From positions 192,001 to 256,000 of the forward strand of contig CAVRUC010000004.1 of NCBI GenBank assembly GCA_963724295.1: 64,000 nt of DNA, in the 5' to 3' direction. The notes under the pieces were generated by a model. That model worked only from the letters and a program-made list of their open reading frames with translations. It did not search any database and was not told the DNA's origin. Shown here in pieces: positions 29,709 through 40,571 of the stretch. Source of the stretch: an uncultured Chloroflexia bacterium (lineage in GTDB: Bacteria; Chloroflexota; Chloroflexia; Thermomicrobiales; UBA6265). Within the stretch, counting starts at the first letter, position 1, and each line of letters starts with the position of its first letter. The translations under genes were made by a program, and so were the position numbers.

Positions 29709-32102
29709 GTGCCCGAGACTCCAGCTTCGTTCGGTGAGCTGCTGCGCCAGGTGCGCAGCGCGGCCTCGCTGTCCCAGGAGGAGCTGGCCCAGCGCTCGGG
29801 GGTGAGCGTGCGCGGCATCAGTGATCTGGAGCGCGGCGCTCGGTCCGCCCCGCGACTCGAAACGGTGCGCCTGCTGGCCGACGCGCTGGATGTCGATCAG
29901 GCGTCCCGGGCAGCGCTGCTGGCCGCCGCGCGACCGGACATTGCGCGGCGAGGCGCGACGGACCGTGAGAAGCCGGCTTTTTTCTCCGTGCCAACACCGC
30001 TGACCCGACTCATCGGGCGCGAGGCGGAGGTTGAAGCCCTTTGCACGACCCTGCGCCGCGACGACGTCCGATTCGTCACGTTGACCGGAGCAGGCGGGAG
30101 CGGCAAGACGCGGTTGGCGACTGCTGTGGCGGTTGAGATGGGGGACAACTTTTCGGATGGAGTCGTCTTCGTCGATCTGTCGCCGCTAACCGATCCGACC
30201 CTGGTCCTCCCGACTATTGCCACCACCCTCGGCGTGCGGGAAGTCGTTGACCAGTCTCTATTTCAGACGCTTTCTAACTTCCTCACGTCCAAGCAGCTGC
30301 TCCTCGTGCTCGATAATTGCGAACGGGTTCTCGCCGCTGCCCCCGATATCACCACGCTCCTCGCAGCAAGTCCGGGGTTGGTCGTACTCGCCACCAGTCG
30401 CGAGCCGCTGCATGTACGGGGAGAGCGCGAGTTCCCGGTATCGCCGCTGCCGCTAGCGGTGGCCGCTCCGGTGCAGGCGCTCGCCCAGATCGCCACTATT
30501 CCGGCGATCGCCCTCTTCGTGGAGCGGGCGGAGGCCAGCCAGCCCGATTTCATCATGACGACGGAGAACGTCGCCGCGGTCGCGGCCATCTGCCGCAGAC
30601 TCGATGGCTTGCCGCTGGCCATTGAGCTGGCCGCGGCCCGGGTGAAAGTCCTGCCGCCACAGGCGCTGCTGGCGCGGCTCGAGCACCGGCTCCCGCTCCT
30701 CACGGGCGGAGGACAGGACTTGCCCGCGCGCCAGCGCACGATGCGGGATGCGATAGCCTGGAGCTATGACCTCCTCTCGCCGGATGAGCAGGCGCTTTTC
30801 CGGCGACTCGCCGTCTTCGCCGGTGGGTTCACCCTGGGCGGCGCCGACGCGGTGGCGGTTCCCGATGGCCACCTCGCGGTCCTCGACGGCGTGGTGGCAT
30901 TGGTCGAACAGAGTCTGGTGCGCCAGATCCCCGGCACGGATGATGAGCCGCGGTACCGCATGTTGGAGACGGTGCGCGAGTTCGGACTCGAGCGGCTGGT
31001 ATCCAGCGGCGACGCGGATGATGCCCGCCAGCGGCATGCCGAACACTTCCAGCGGATGTCTGCCGAGCTGGTGGAGAGTCCCGCGACTCTTATGAACCAC
31101 GCCAGTCTGACGCGCCTTGTTGCCGAGCATGACAACGTTCGGCTGGCACTGGCCTGGTGCGACCAACATGGCGAGATCGACGCGCTGCTGCAACTCAGTT
31201 CCTTGCTTTACGGGCTGTGGTTCAGCCGCGGGCTCTACCGCGAGGGGGCGCAATGGGTCGACCGGGCACTGGAGCGGTCTCAGCGCGTGCCTTCGAGCGC
31301 GCTGATTCGGGCGCTCGGCGGTGCGGGCACGCTGGCGAGTTTTCAGGGTGACTATGCCCGAGCCACGTCCTTCTACGAGGAAGGATTGGCCATGGCCCAA
31401 GCGCTGGGTGATCCGTCGTTGATGGCCGAGGCCCTGACCTACAGCGCGTTCTTGGCCTACCGCAACCGGGAGTTTGCGCGGGCCGAGCAGGTGCTCGCCG
31501 AGGCGCGGCACATCCTTGTGGGGAGCGCCGGGGCTGAGTCAGGCGCGTTACCGTTCCTGACCTTCGGCGGAGTGGTTCCCTACTTCCATATTGGGGACCT
31601 CGCCCTGGTCCAGGGGCAGTTTGCCCAGGCAGCCATGGAGTACGAAGAAGGGATAGTCCTCTTCAAGGCGGCAGGCAGCGAATCGGGGCTTCGAGACTTG
31701 CAGGCTGGACTCGCCGCGGTCCGGTACTTGACAGGAGATTTCCCTGAGGCCGCCGCGCTGTACGGGGAAAGTCTGCAGCAGTCGCATGCCATGGCATTTT
31801 GGCCGCTCGTGGTCAGTTCGCTGCTTGGTCTGGCTGGCATCGCAATTGAAGTCGGGGATCCGGTAAGAGGCGCCCGCCTGCTTGGAGCCGCCGAGGGAAT
31901 CGCTTCATCCCTGGGATCGCCCATGTACACTCGGGAGGACCCGGTCATGGACCGGGTCCTCGCAACGGTACGACTGGCGCTTGACGAGCAGCGGTTTGCC
32001 GATCTGCGGGAGGCCGGTCGAGCCCTGAGCATCGAGGCGGCGATTGGGGAGGCACTGACTGCCGCTGAGGCCGGCCGGTCGTCGTTGATCGCGGCGGACT
32101 AG
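29709..32102 (+). CDS. XRE-HTH + STAND (NB-ARC-like) NTPase + TPR transcriptional regulator
   Basis: LSQEELAQRSGVSVRGISDLERG, GAGGSGKTR, LLVLDNCE, LDGLPLAIELAA, helical TPR-like C-terminus; GAGGAGG RBS. Confidence 0.92.
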   Translation: MPETPASFGELLRQVRSAASLSQEELAQRSGVSVRGISDLERGARSAPRLETVRLLADALDVDQASRAALLAAARPDIARRGATDREKPAFFSVPTPLTRLIGREAEVEALCTTLRRDDVRFVTLTGAGGSGKTRLATAVAVEMGDNFSDGVVFVDLSPLTDPTLVLPTIATTLGVREVVDQSLFQTLSNFLTSKQLLLVLDNCERVLAAAPDITTLLAASPGLVVLATSREPLHVRGEREFPVSPLPLAVAAPVQALAQIATIPAIALFVERAEASQPDFIMTTENVAAVAAICRRLDGLPLAIELAAARVKVLPPQALLARLEHRLPLLTGGGQDLPARQRTMRDAIAWSYDLLSPDEQALFRRLAVFAGGFTLGGADAVAVPDGHLAVLDGVVALVEQSLVRQIPGTDDEPRYRMLETVREFGLERLVSSGDADDARQRHAEHFQRMSAELVESPATLMNHASLTRLVAEHDNVRLALAWCDQHGEIDALLQLSSLLYGLWFSRGLYREGAQWVDRALERSQRVPSSALIRALGGAGTLASFQGDYARATSFYEEGLAMAQALGDPSLMAEALTYSAFLAYRNREFARAEQVLAEARHILVGSAGAESGALPFLTFGGVVPYFHIGDLALVQGQFAQAAMEYEEGIVLFKAAGSESGLRDLQAGLAAVRYLTGDFPEAAALYGESLQQSHAMAFWPLVVSSLLGLAGIAIEVGDPVRGARLLGAAEGIASSLGSPMYTREDPVMDRVLATVRLALDEQRFADLREAGRALSIEAAIGEALTAAEAGRSSLIAAD

Positions 32103-32159
32103 GTCGCGACGCATCAAACGCGATGTGCTCCGCCCCTGGTTATGGAACGCGGCGAAACG

Positions 32160-33485
32160 CTAATGGCAATTCGGTGCGGGCTGTCCCTGGAACAGGCCAT
32201 GTGTTACCTCCGTAAGCATCCCGTCCTGGTCAAACTCGATCGGCCGGAGATCTCCGGTGACCTCTACGCGTCCAGACTGGAGGAGCTCAGGAAGCAGGTG
32301 CTCCGAGGCCCAGAAGGTCTCCACATGCTTGGTATCCTGGATCCTGGCAATGTGGGCCGTCTCCTGCTCGATCTTGAGGCAGCACGCGAGCGCCACGTAG
32401 ATCGCCTGACGGTCGGTATCGACCGTCAACGGGATACGCGCCCCTTGCGGCGACTTGGCCGTAATCATGTTCATATACGTGGCTACCGGGTCCATCTTGT
32501 CGACCGCGCGACGCAACACGACGTCCGCCATGCCGATCCCGGTCGCATTGCCTTCCGTGTCCTCTGTCAGGTCACGGATGATCATGCGCTGGATACGAGG
32601 TTTGACGGGCTCTTCCGTCGGGCGCCCTGCGCTCACGACGTCGCGGTTGATCACGTTCGGGTCCGCGCCATCTCCGGAGATGTCCTTACCGATGCGGTCG
32701 ACGATCAGGACGTCGATCCGCTCGCCGGGCAGCCGCCCCATCCGCTCGCGGGCGATCTTGAGCAGTTCCTGCTCCCGCTCCCAGATACGGGCCGCGGGCA
32801 CCGCCTCGGCCTGAGCCAGGTTCCCGTAGCCATTCTCGATCACGGCCACCCCGAACGGGATGTTGACCTGGGTCAGCGTGAACTTGGCGACCGCGGGGAT
32901 CAAATGGTGGAACTCATTCATGCCCTGGGAATGGAAGAAATCGGCGCCCTTTTGTTTGCCGAGCCCGATGGCGATCATCTTCATCAAGCCCGATTCGACC
33001 GCTCCCCGGAAGTCGGTGTGCGGCTTGACCCGGCCGACCGGAATCACCGCGTCCGCCTCGAAGGCATTGCGATCGAACCAGACCGGAACGTGCCCTTCGA
33101 CCTCGCCGAGATGGACCGTATCCATGCTCGACAGGAGGGGGCAGCCCATCGTCTCTTCCGTGATGCCGTAGTGCGCGATCAGCTCCAGCTGACCTTCGGC
33201 GGTCGCTCCACCGTGACTGCCCATCGCCGGTATCACAAACGGCCTGGCGCCGAGCTGGCGCACCTCGTCGACGACGGCCCGCACCACCTCGTCGATCCGG
33301 TCAATACCGCGACTCCCGGCCGTGACCGCGACACGCTGCCCGGGGCGGAGGCGATCACCGACACCGGGCCGGCGGAACTCGGCGGCGATCGCGGCACGGA
33401 CGTCGCCAATCTCCGTCGCATCCAGGAACTGGCGTACCGGGGCCCAGCGCGGTAGCGCCCCGCGCTCGAAGATCTCGAGTCCCAT
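32160..33485 (-). CDS. LarA-like (lactate racemase N-terminal/DUF2088-DUF362 type) protein
   Basis: AVTAGSRGI, PAMGSHGGATAEGQ, RVKPHTDF, GKDISGDG, GNATGIG. Confidence 0.8.
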   Translation of the reverse strand: MGLEIFERGALPRWAPVRQFLDATEIGDVRAAIAAEFRRPGVGDRLRPGQRVAVTAGSRGIDRIDEVVRAVVDEVRQLGARPFVIPAMGSHGGATAEGQLELIAHYGITEETMGCPLLSSMDTVHLGEVEGHVPVWFDRNAFEADAVIPVGRVKPHTDFRGAVESGLMKMIAIGLGKQKGADFFHSQGMNEFHHLIPAVAKFTLTQVNIPFGVAVIENGYGNLAQAEAVPAARIWEREQELLKIARERMGRLPGERIDVLIVDRIGKDISGDGADPNVINRDVVSAGRPTEEPVKPRIQRMIIRDLTEDTEGNATGIGMADVVLRRAVDKMDPVATYMNMITAKSPQGARIPLTVDTDRQAIYVALACCLKIEQETAHIARIQDTKHVETFWASEHLLPELLQSGRVEVTGDLRPIEFDQDGMLTEVTHGLFQGQPAPNCH

Positions 33486-33498
33486 GGCAATCCCCTTA

Positions 33499-33653
33499 CA
33501 AGTCGGTGAGTCGGTAAGTCGGGAAGTCGGTCAGTACGTCAGTTGGTTAGTTTGCCAGAAAATCGTCAGCGACTCGTGGTTCCGTTCGACAGAGGTCGGA
33601 CTATGACCATCAAGACCAAGCTCTACTTACCGACTCACCGACTTGACCGACTT
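33499..33653. repeat. Inverted pair of 8-mer tandem arrays (AGTCGGTN), family C
   Basis: Six 8-mer units at 33501-33548 and about 3.5 inverted units at 33625-33653; perfect 21-bp inverted repeat 33499-33519/33625-33645. Confidence 0.85.
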
Positions 33654-33659
33654 GCGTCA

Positions 33660-34875
33660 CTAGGCCGCTGCGCTCGCCGCTGACAGGTCCAGATCACAGC
33701 CGGTGATGCCGGCCTCGTATCCGGTCAGGAAGGAGTCGATCCGCACGTCGCCGGTACCATGGGCGCGCGGATCGTCCCACGCGGTCCCCGGCGGGTCACC
33801 CGAGATCTCGGTGATGGCGAGTGCCTCGTCGATGTCGCCGGCATCGAGCCAGCCAGTGAGCTCGGCGTCGATGGCGTAGGCGCCGGCCAGGCAGTCAGCT
33901 TGCTGTTCGAGCTCGATCGGCGCGACCTCGCCCGCGCGATCCGGCACGACGCCGAGGTCGAACCCGAGCTTGGCCTGAACGTGGTGCCCCCATTCGTGCG
34001 CGACGACGATGACCCAGGCAAAATCGCCGATCTGGTTCTCGATCAGGGTCCGAAATTCCGCCGAGTAGTAGATCTTCTCGTCGATCACGCAATAGAACGC
34101 TGCCTCCCGCACGGGATCGGCGCGACCACACGCGGTAACGATCGGCTCGTCGAACGGGACCACCCCTTGCGGGGGCTCGTAGTCGCGCCCGACTTCCTGG
34201 AAACGAGCCGCCCAGAACCTGTCGATATCGGCGTGCAGCGGGTCTGGAAAGAGGACCTCGCGTGGGACCGGCGTCGTGTCGTCGCTCTCCTGGGAGAGGG
34301 AGAACATCGTGGCGGAGCCGTCGTCGCCGTACAACGCGACCTGCTCGTCGACGAACGCGCGCGACGCGCCGAAGAACCAGCCCCATTCGTCGTCGAACGG
34401 CACGAGGTGAACCTCGCCCGACACGTCGGTGGTGACCCCATTGACCGTGTACGGTTGGACATATCTGACCGTGACCGCTTCGTCGTAGGTGACGCCGGTG
34501 ACCGGCCATGTCCACGGCTCGGGCTGGACGCCGGTAACCTCCAGCTCGCGAGTTTCCCGCTCCGCGAAATAGCTCTCATACCACCCGACGACCGCCGATC
34601 GCGGCACGACGGCAAGCGCGTCGGGGTGCATGCGCTCGTAGAGCGCGTCGAAATCGCGATCCGCTTCGAGCGTGGATAGCTCGCGCGCGACGTCGGCCGC
34701 CGCGGCCAGCTGGTCATCGGCCTGGACGGCGGCTCGTGCCTGCTGTGTGGACAGACGAATCAAATGATGTCGCGGCTCCCGCGGGAACCGAGGTGATGAC
34801 GATGCAGGACAGCGCGAGCGCAAGGACGAGAGATCGCAACAACCACACCTCGGGACGCGGACAGCGGCCTCTCAC
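33660..34875 (-). CDS. Secreted neutral zinc metallopeptidase (YpfJ-like), frameshift near 34730-34770
   Basis: AFYC, AHEWGHHVQ, ELEQQADCLAG, AHG; the signal peptide lies in the adjacent frame. Confidence 0.82.
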
Positions 34876-34996
34876 GTCTCCGCCGGATCCACGCCCCGGC
34901 GCCACGGCATGTGCATGCCCCAGGTCGCTCGATCGCACGCGTTTCCGGCTATCGTGGGACGCGAATCTCATACGTTCAGAATCGTGAGCAGGAGGC

Positions 34997-36163
34997 TCAG
35001 CGCTGTTCGATGGCGACGAACTTCTTGTCCGTCGCGCCAACGAACTCCGATTGCGGGCGGATCAGACGATTGTTCGCCATTTGCTCCAGCACGTGCGCCG
35101 TCCAGCCGGTCACCCGCGAGACGGCAAACGTCGGCGTAAACATGTCGCCCGGTAGCCCCACCGCCGAGAGCACCGCCGCCGAGTAGAACTCCACGTTCGT
35201 ATAGAGGCGACGGTCCGGTTTTCGCTCGTGGAGCATCTCGAGCGCCCGTTCCTCGGTGCGACGAGACAGCTCGAAGAACTCGGGCGTACTGGCCTCGGCT
35301 GCCATCCCGCGCAGAATCTCCGCGCGCGGGTCCTCTGCCTTGTAAACGCGGTGTCCGAAACCCATGAGGCGATCGCCGCGATCGAGCGCCTCCGTCAGCC
35401 AGCGATCGACGTTTTCGGCCGAGCCGATCGCCTCCAGCATATCCAGCACTTTGGACGGCGCGCCCCCGTGCAGCGGACCCTTCAACGCGCCGATCGCGCC
35501 GGTAACCGCCGAACAGAGATCGGACCCGGTGGACGCGATGACGCGAGCGGTGAAGGTCGATGCGTTCATGCCGTGGTCGGCAAGCAGGGTCAGGTAGACC
35601 TCGAGCGGCCGCCAGTGCTTTTCCTCCGGCTCGCGATCGAAGAGCTGGTAGAGGTAGCTCTGGGCGGTGTTGTGCGCGATCTTCGGGGTGACCGGCTCCA
35701 ACCCCTGTCGCAGGCGAAAGAACGCCGCCAGGATGCCGGGGAACTTCGCGGTCAGGGCGACAGCCTCGTCGAGATCGGGGAGATCGTCGAACTGCTCGCC
35801 GGCGATCGCGCCCAGGGCGGAGACTCCGGTACGCAGGGCGTCCATCGGGGCCGCGGTCGCGGGGAGAGCGCGAATAACGTCGATAACGTGCCCCGGTAGC
35901 GGCCGCTGCTCTCCCAACGTGCGGAGCAGTTGGGTCAGCTCGTCGCGCGATGGTAGGCGGCCCTTCCAGAGGAGGAACGCGACTTCCTCGAACGAGGCCC
36001 GCCCGGCCAATTCGTGGATGTCGTAGCCGCGGTAGACGAGTCTGCCTTCTTCGCCAAAGACGTGGCTCAACGCGGTTGACGCGGCAACCACACCCTCCAG
36101 ACCTTCGGGTTTCGGCAGGGCGGGTTGGTCGGAAACGGCTGTGCTGCCGTTGGACCCGGTCAT
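34997..36163 (-). CDS. gltA: Citrate synthase / 2-methylcitrate synthase (type I)
   Basis: GLEGVVA, DHGMNASTF, GPLHGGA, GFGHRVYK, NVEFY. Confidence 0.92.
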   Translation of the reverse strand: MTGSNGSTAVSDQPALPKPEGLEGVVAASTALSHVFGEEGRLVYRGYDIHELAGRASFEEVAFLLWKGRLPSRDELTQLLRTLGEQRPLPGHVIDVIRALPATAAPMDALRTGVSALGAIAGEQFDDLPDLDEAVALTAKFPGILAAFFRLRQGLEPVTPKIAHNTAQSYLYQLFDREPEEKHWRPLEVYLTLLADHGMNASTFTARVIASTGSDLCSAVTGAIGALKGPLHGGAPSKVLDMLEAIGSAENVDRWLTEALDRGDRLMGFGHRVYKAEDPRAEILRGMAAEASTPEFFELSRRTEERALEMLHERKPDRRLYTNVEFYSAAVLSAVGLPGDMFTPTFAVSRVTGWTAHVLEQMANNRLIRPQSEFVGATDKKFVAIEQR

Positions 36164-36444
36164 TCTTTGCTCCCGCTGGTCAAATGGCGCTACGGCGGAT
36201 CGACGAAGGTCTCGCACTGCCGCTCCAGCGCCGCGGCGCGGTCTGGTGGTCAGACCCGCGTGGCTCTTCTCAGGTAAATCGTAGCACGCTGATGGCGTCT
36301 GCCGGCACCGAGCGGGTGGTTTCAGCGGCAGCCTGGGAGTGGTACTGTATCCCTACCGGCGCGGCGAAAACGCGCGCGATCACCGAGCAGGCCGGGCTGC
36401 TTGCCCCGCGATGGACCACATCGTCATACCGCGGGGAGGCGGGG

Positions 36445-38092
36445 TTGCGGCAACGGGACGTCAGACCCAGATCCAGGCGAATCACTGCGTTGCCGCGACT
36501 GTCGGCCGTCGTGACACTTGCCGTGTCGCTCGTCATCTCGCTGTCGCCACTCGCGACCGCGCCGGTCGCCGCGGCTCCCCCGGAAATCAGTCAAGAGTCG
36601 ACGAAATCATCTGACGTCGCTCCGGACTCAGGAACGAAAGCCGAGAGTCCGATTGAGCTCGAGACGCCCCAGCTACCCGACACCCAGGATCAGCTCCGTG
36701 CGGACGTCGCCCCGCGGGAGCGTACCGATGGTGGCGACGGGAGTGTCCGTCTGCGTGGTGTGGAAGCTCCAGTTCAGCTCGAACAGCAGGACGCTCGAGG
36801 CGCGGATCGACCGCCGGAAAATGGCAAAACGTCCGACACGCCGCAAAGAGTGGAGCGGGACCCCGGCGACGGTCCGGTCCCGAAACGACATCAGCCGGCG
36901 AAGAAACGGGACCCGAAGCGGGAGCGGAGCGATATCCGCATCTGGCCCATGCCGGCCAAGAGCTACACGTTCACCCAGCAATTCGGATGCGTGCCACAAC
37001 TTGGAAATCTGTACTTCCCTGGAGAGGGTTGCCCCGCCACCAGACCAGTTATCCACACCGGCGTCGATCTCGCCGCACCGGAGGGCACGCCGTTCTATGC
37101 GGCTGCCTCCGGTTGGGTGACCCTGGCCGACTATGACCGGCCCACGGCGGACGCCAATACGCGCATCATCATTCAGCACGATGGACGAAATGAAGGGTAC
37201 GCCACCGACTACCTGCATTGGGTCGCCAGCTACGTGGAGGAAGGCGACTACGTCCACGCCGGCGACCCGATCGGTGAGGTTGGCAACGTTGGATTCTCGA
37301 CCGGTCCTCACCTCCACTTTTCCGTTACCGATCTCGACAGCGGCGAACACATCGATCCTTTGCGCTGGCTCCCGGACGAACCCGGGTTGGAGGGATATGT
37401 CAGCCGCATGCCGAATGCGCGACTGAGACTGCCGGCCGGAACGACCGCCGGCCAGCCAGAATCGGCCGACCCCGCACCGCCACCACCAGCAGTCAAGGAG
37501 GACGTGCCCGAGTCTCCTCCCGACTGACGGCAAACGCGGCAAACAAGCCGAGCGGAAACGGGAAGAGCGCCGCGCCGAGGCCAGCGGCGATTCCGCGGCC
37601 AGCGATACCACGCGATCGGGCAAGAAGCGGACCCGCGACGAGGCGGCATCCGAAACCAACGCGGACGAGTCGACGAGCGACACGACGCAGGCCCCTGATT
37701 CATCACGCGAGCGAGAGCGAATCCGGGAGCGAAACAAGGACGAATCGGAATCGGAAGATCCCGGCACAGCCCCTGAGGACGGGAGCCACGGTGGTCGAGA
37801 TGATTCCAGCAGCGAAGACCGGCGCGCCAACCGCAAAGACAGCAAGGACTCGAGTGGTGGCGCCCCGGAGAAATCTAAGGACGAACGCGGCAACCGGGAC
37901 CCAAGGGACACTGAGCGACACCATGGGAGTAATCCTGACGACCAGGGCGGCCGGCACGATCGCAACGCGGATGGCCAGAACCCGAACCAACGCGAGCGCA
38001 ACGGTGGAGAAAACAAGGCAACTGCGAAAGCCGACGAAAGTCTTGAGGCCCAACCTCTGAACGAGGTAGGGCTGTCGCAAGGTCCGCGCTGA
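36445..38092 (+). CDS. Secreted M23 family metallopeptidase with long charged tail (frameshift near 37520)
   Basis: Signal peptide, HTGVD and GPHLHF zinc motifs; after an extra C near 37520 the other frame stays open to TGA 38092. Confidence 0.82.
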
Positions 38093-38107
38093 CTCCGCCC
38101 AAATGCG

Positions 38108-39076
38108 CTAGATCGAGAGACCCTCTCGATACTCGCGCTCCAGCCTTTGCCGAACTTTCGGAAACTCGGCCGCGATCTCCTCGAGGGCAGAGCGGAGAGC
38201 AGCCTGCTGGGCGGCGTCCGGTTCAGGCTGAAGATTCGGATAGACCGAGCGCGTCAGGAGCGCGCGCAGGGTCGTCACGAACACCTCGATCTCACCGCGG
38301 GTCTCCTCGGAAAGGAAAAGGCGCTGCGCGCTGTAGGCGTCGGCTAGTGAAAACGCCCGCTCTCCTACTTCGTTCCAGTTCTCCCAGACCAGAGCCTCAG
38401 GAAGAAACTCAGCCGGCGGCGAATACGCCTCGCCGGGCAGCAGGATCGGATTCGTCACCGCGGCCAATGCCGCTTCCAGGCGGGCCAGGCGAGCGTACAA
38501 GTCCGCACTGACATCGGGGCGACGAGAACCCGGTCGCGAGCTTCCGTCCGCGGCCGCTCTCGTCATCGTGGCGAGGAGGTCGGCGCGCAACCGTTCCAGG
38601 GCGACGTCGCGACGCGCCTCTTCCGCCTCAGTTTGCTGTGCACGCTCAGACCGGGCTCGCCGCAGCTCCTGGCCAATCTCCGCCGCATGCCGGTCGACCG
38701 CGCGAGCGATCTGATCGAGGCGCTCCTCGAACCGGTCGAGCCGGCCCGCGAGCGTCTCTACCGGGTTGGGAACGAGGTCGAGTCCGGCAGGATCTGGCAG
38801 CCCGACGCGATCTGCAGCCGATCGGGGTGATCCAACGTTCAGCGATGGCGCCCGCACCGCGGCCGTCGGGCCGCTCAGGCTCGGCTCAATCACCCCATCC
38901 GACGCGGGATTTCGCCCGTTGGTGGCATTGAGTTCGCCATCAGCCGCGCCAGCACCGCCACGGGACATCCTCAATGCAGGGCGACCCCAGGGGAGGATCC
39001 CCTGCCGGGACAGCACCGCGAGGGTTCCCCCGAGGAGTACGATGAGCCCGATCGTGGCGGCGAGAGCTGGTTCCAA
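38108..39076 (-). CDS. Hypothetical membrane-anchored coiled-coil protein
   Basis: N-terminal TM segment, heptad-rich middle, globular C-terminus (LVWENWNEVGERAF); AAGGA RBS. Confidence 0.75.
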   Translation of the reverse strand: MEPALAATIGLIVLLGGTLAVLSRQGILPWGRPALRMSRGGAGAADGELNATNGRNPASDGVIEPSLSGPTAAVRAPSLNVGSPRSAADRVGLPDPAGLDLVPNPVETLAGRLDRFEERLDQIARAVDRHAAEIGQELRRARSERAQQTEAEEARRDVALERLRADLLATMTRAAADGSSRPGSRRPDVSADLYARLARLEAALAAVTNPILLPGEAYSPPAEFLPEALVWENWNEVGERAFSLADAYSAQRLFLSEETRGEIEVFVTTLRALLTRSVYPNLQPEPDAAQQAALRSALEEIAAEFPKVRQRLEREYREGLSI

Positions 39077-39203
39077 GGCATTCCTTATGTCGCGGACGCG
39101 GGCACAGCCGCGTCGCGCTGGCGACTATACCCCCGCGGGGCAAACAGGAGCGATCGGGCATGACTGACCCCGTCGTGCCGCCATGCGGCAGGCGGCATCA
39201 ATC

Positions 39204-40571
39204 TTACTCGGCGACGCTCGGCAACCCGGCCAGCGCCGCTTCGATCTCAGACTGAGGATGCTCGTAATCCTGCATCGATCCGGAAAGATAGCTGTCGTAC
39301 GCCGACAGATCGAAGAAGCCATGCCCGCAGAGATTGAAGAGGATCGTTCGTGGCTCGCCCGCTTCCCTGGCCTGCATCGCCTCGTCGATGGCGACGCGGA
39401 TGGCATGGGACGGCTCCGGCGCGGGAACGATCCCTTCCGTGCGGCCGAAGAGCACCGCTGCCTCGAACGCCGCGCGTTGCTTGATGGCAGTCGCCTCGAT
39501 CAGTCCCTCGTCGAGCAGCATGCTCACCAACGGCGCCGCGCCGTGATATCGCAACCCGCCGGCGTGGATCCCGGCCGGGACGAAGCTGTGTCCCAGGGTG
39601 TGCATCTTTACCAGCGGCGTGAGCTGACCGGTGTCGCCGAAATCGTAGGCGTAGGTGCCTCTGGTCAGCGTCGGGCACGCCGCGGGCTCGGCGGCGACGA
39701 TCCGGATCGGCTTCCCCGCCAGCTTCTGGCGCACGAAAGGGAAGCTGATGCCGGCGAAGTTCGAGCCGCCACCGACACATCCGATGACCACGTCGGGGTA
39801 CGCGTCCGCCATCTCCAGCTGCTGCTGCGCCTCCTGCCCGATCACGGTCTGGTGCAGGAGGACGTGATTCAGCACCGACCCCAGGGCGTACTTCGTATCG
39901 TCGCGCGTGGCGGCGTCCTCGACAGCTTCCGAGATGGCAATCCCCAGGGAGCCGTTTGAGTCGGGGTCCTGAGCGAGGATCGTCCGCCCGGCGTTGGTGT
40001 CTGTGCTCGGGGAGGCCACGCACTGCGCGCCCCAGGTCTCCATCAACGCTCGCCGGTACGGCTTCTGCGCGTAGGAGATCTTGACCATGTAGACCTTGAT
40101 CTCCAGATCGAACAGGGAGCCGGCTAACGCCAGGGCGCTTCCCCACTGGCCCGCACCCGTTTCGGTGGCGATCCGCCTCACACCCTCTTGCTTGGCGTAG
40201 TACGCCTGCGGCACCGCGGTATTCGGCTTGTGCGACCCGGCGGGACTGCCACCCTCGTACTTGTAGAAGATGCGCACGCTCTCGGGCAGGTCCAGCGCGC
40301 GCTCGAGCCGGTGCGCCCGGTACAAGGGCGTCGGCCGCCACAACCGGTAGACGGCGAGGACCTCCTCCGGGATCGGAATGAAGCGCTCGGTGGAGACTTC
40401 CTGACCGATCACCGCCATCGGGAAGAGGGGCGCCAGATCATCCGGTCCGATCGGCTGGTGCGTACCCGGATGGAGGACGGGCGGTGGTGGATGCGGGAGG
40501 TCGGCCGCCAGGTTGTACCAGGACGTCGGGATGGCCTCCTCGGGCAAGAGATAACGGGTTTGCTCCAACAT
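39204..40571 (-). CDS. trpB: TrpB2-type tryptophan synthase beta-like PLP enzyme
   Basis: [15 protein letters not shown] (PLP Lys), [21 protein letters not shown]. Confidence 0.93.
   Translation of the reverse strand: MLEQTRYLLPEEAIPTSWYNLAADLPHPPPPVLHPGTHQPIGPDDLAPLFPMAVIGQEVSTERFIPIPEEVLAVYRLWRPTPLYRAHRLERALDLPESVRIFYKYEGGSPAGSHKPNTAVPQAYYAKQEGVRRIATETGAGQWGSALALAGSLFDLEIKVYMVKISYAQKPYRRALMETWGAQCVASPSTDTNAGRTILAQDPDSNGSLGIAISEAVEDAATRDDTKYALGSVLNHVLLHQTVIGQEAQQQLEMADAYPDVVIGCVGGGSNFAGISFPFVRQKLAGKPIRIVAAEPAACPTLTRGTYAYDFGDTGQLTPLVKMHTLGHSFVPAGIHAGGLRYHGAAPLVSMLLDEGLIEATAIKQRAAFEAAVLFGRTEGIVPAPEPSHAIRVAIDEAMQAREAGEPRTILFNLCGHGFFDLSAYDSYLSGSMQDYEHPQSEIEAALAGLPSVAE

Noticed and set aside
33499..33653. 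CRISPR array or iteron origin
   Set aside because: The units are 8-mers without unique spacers, and there is no cas or rep gene.
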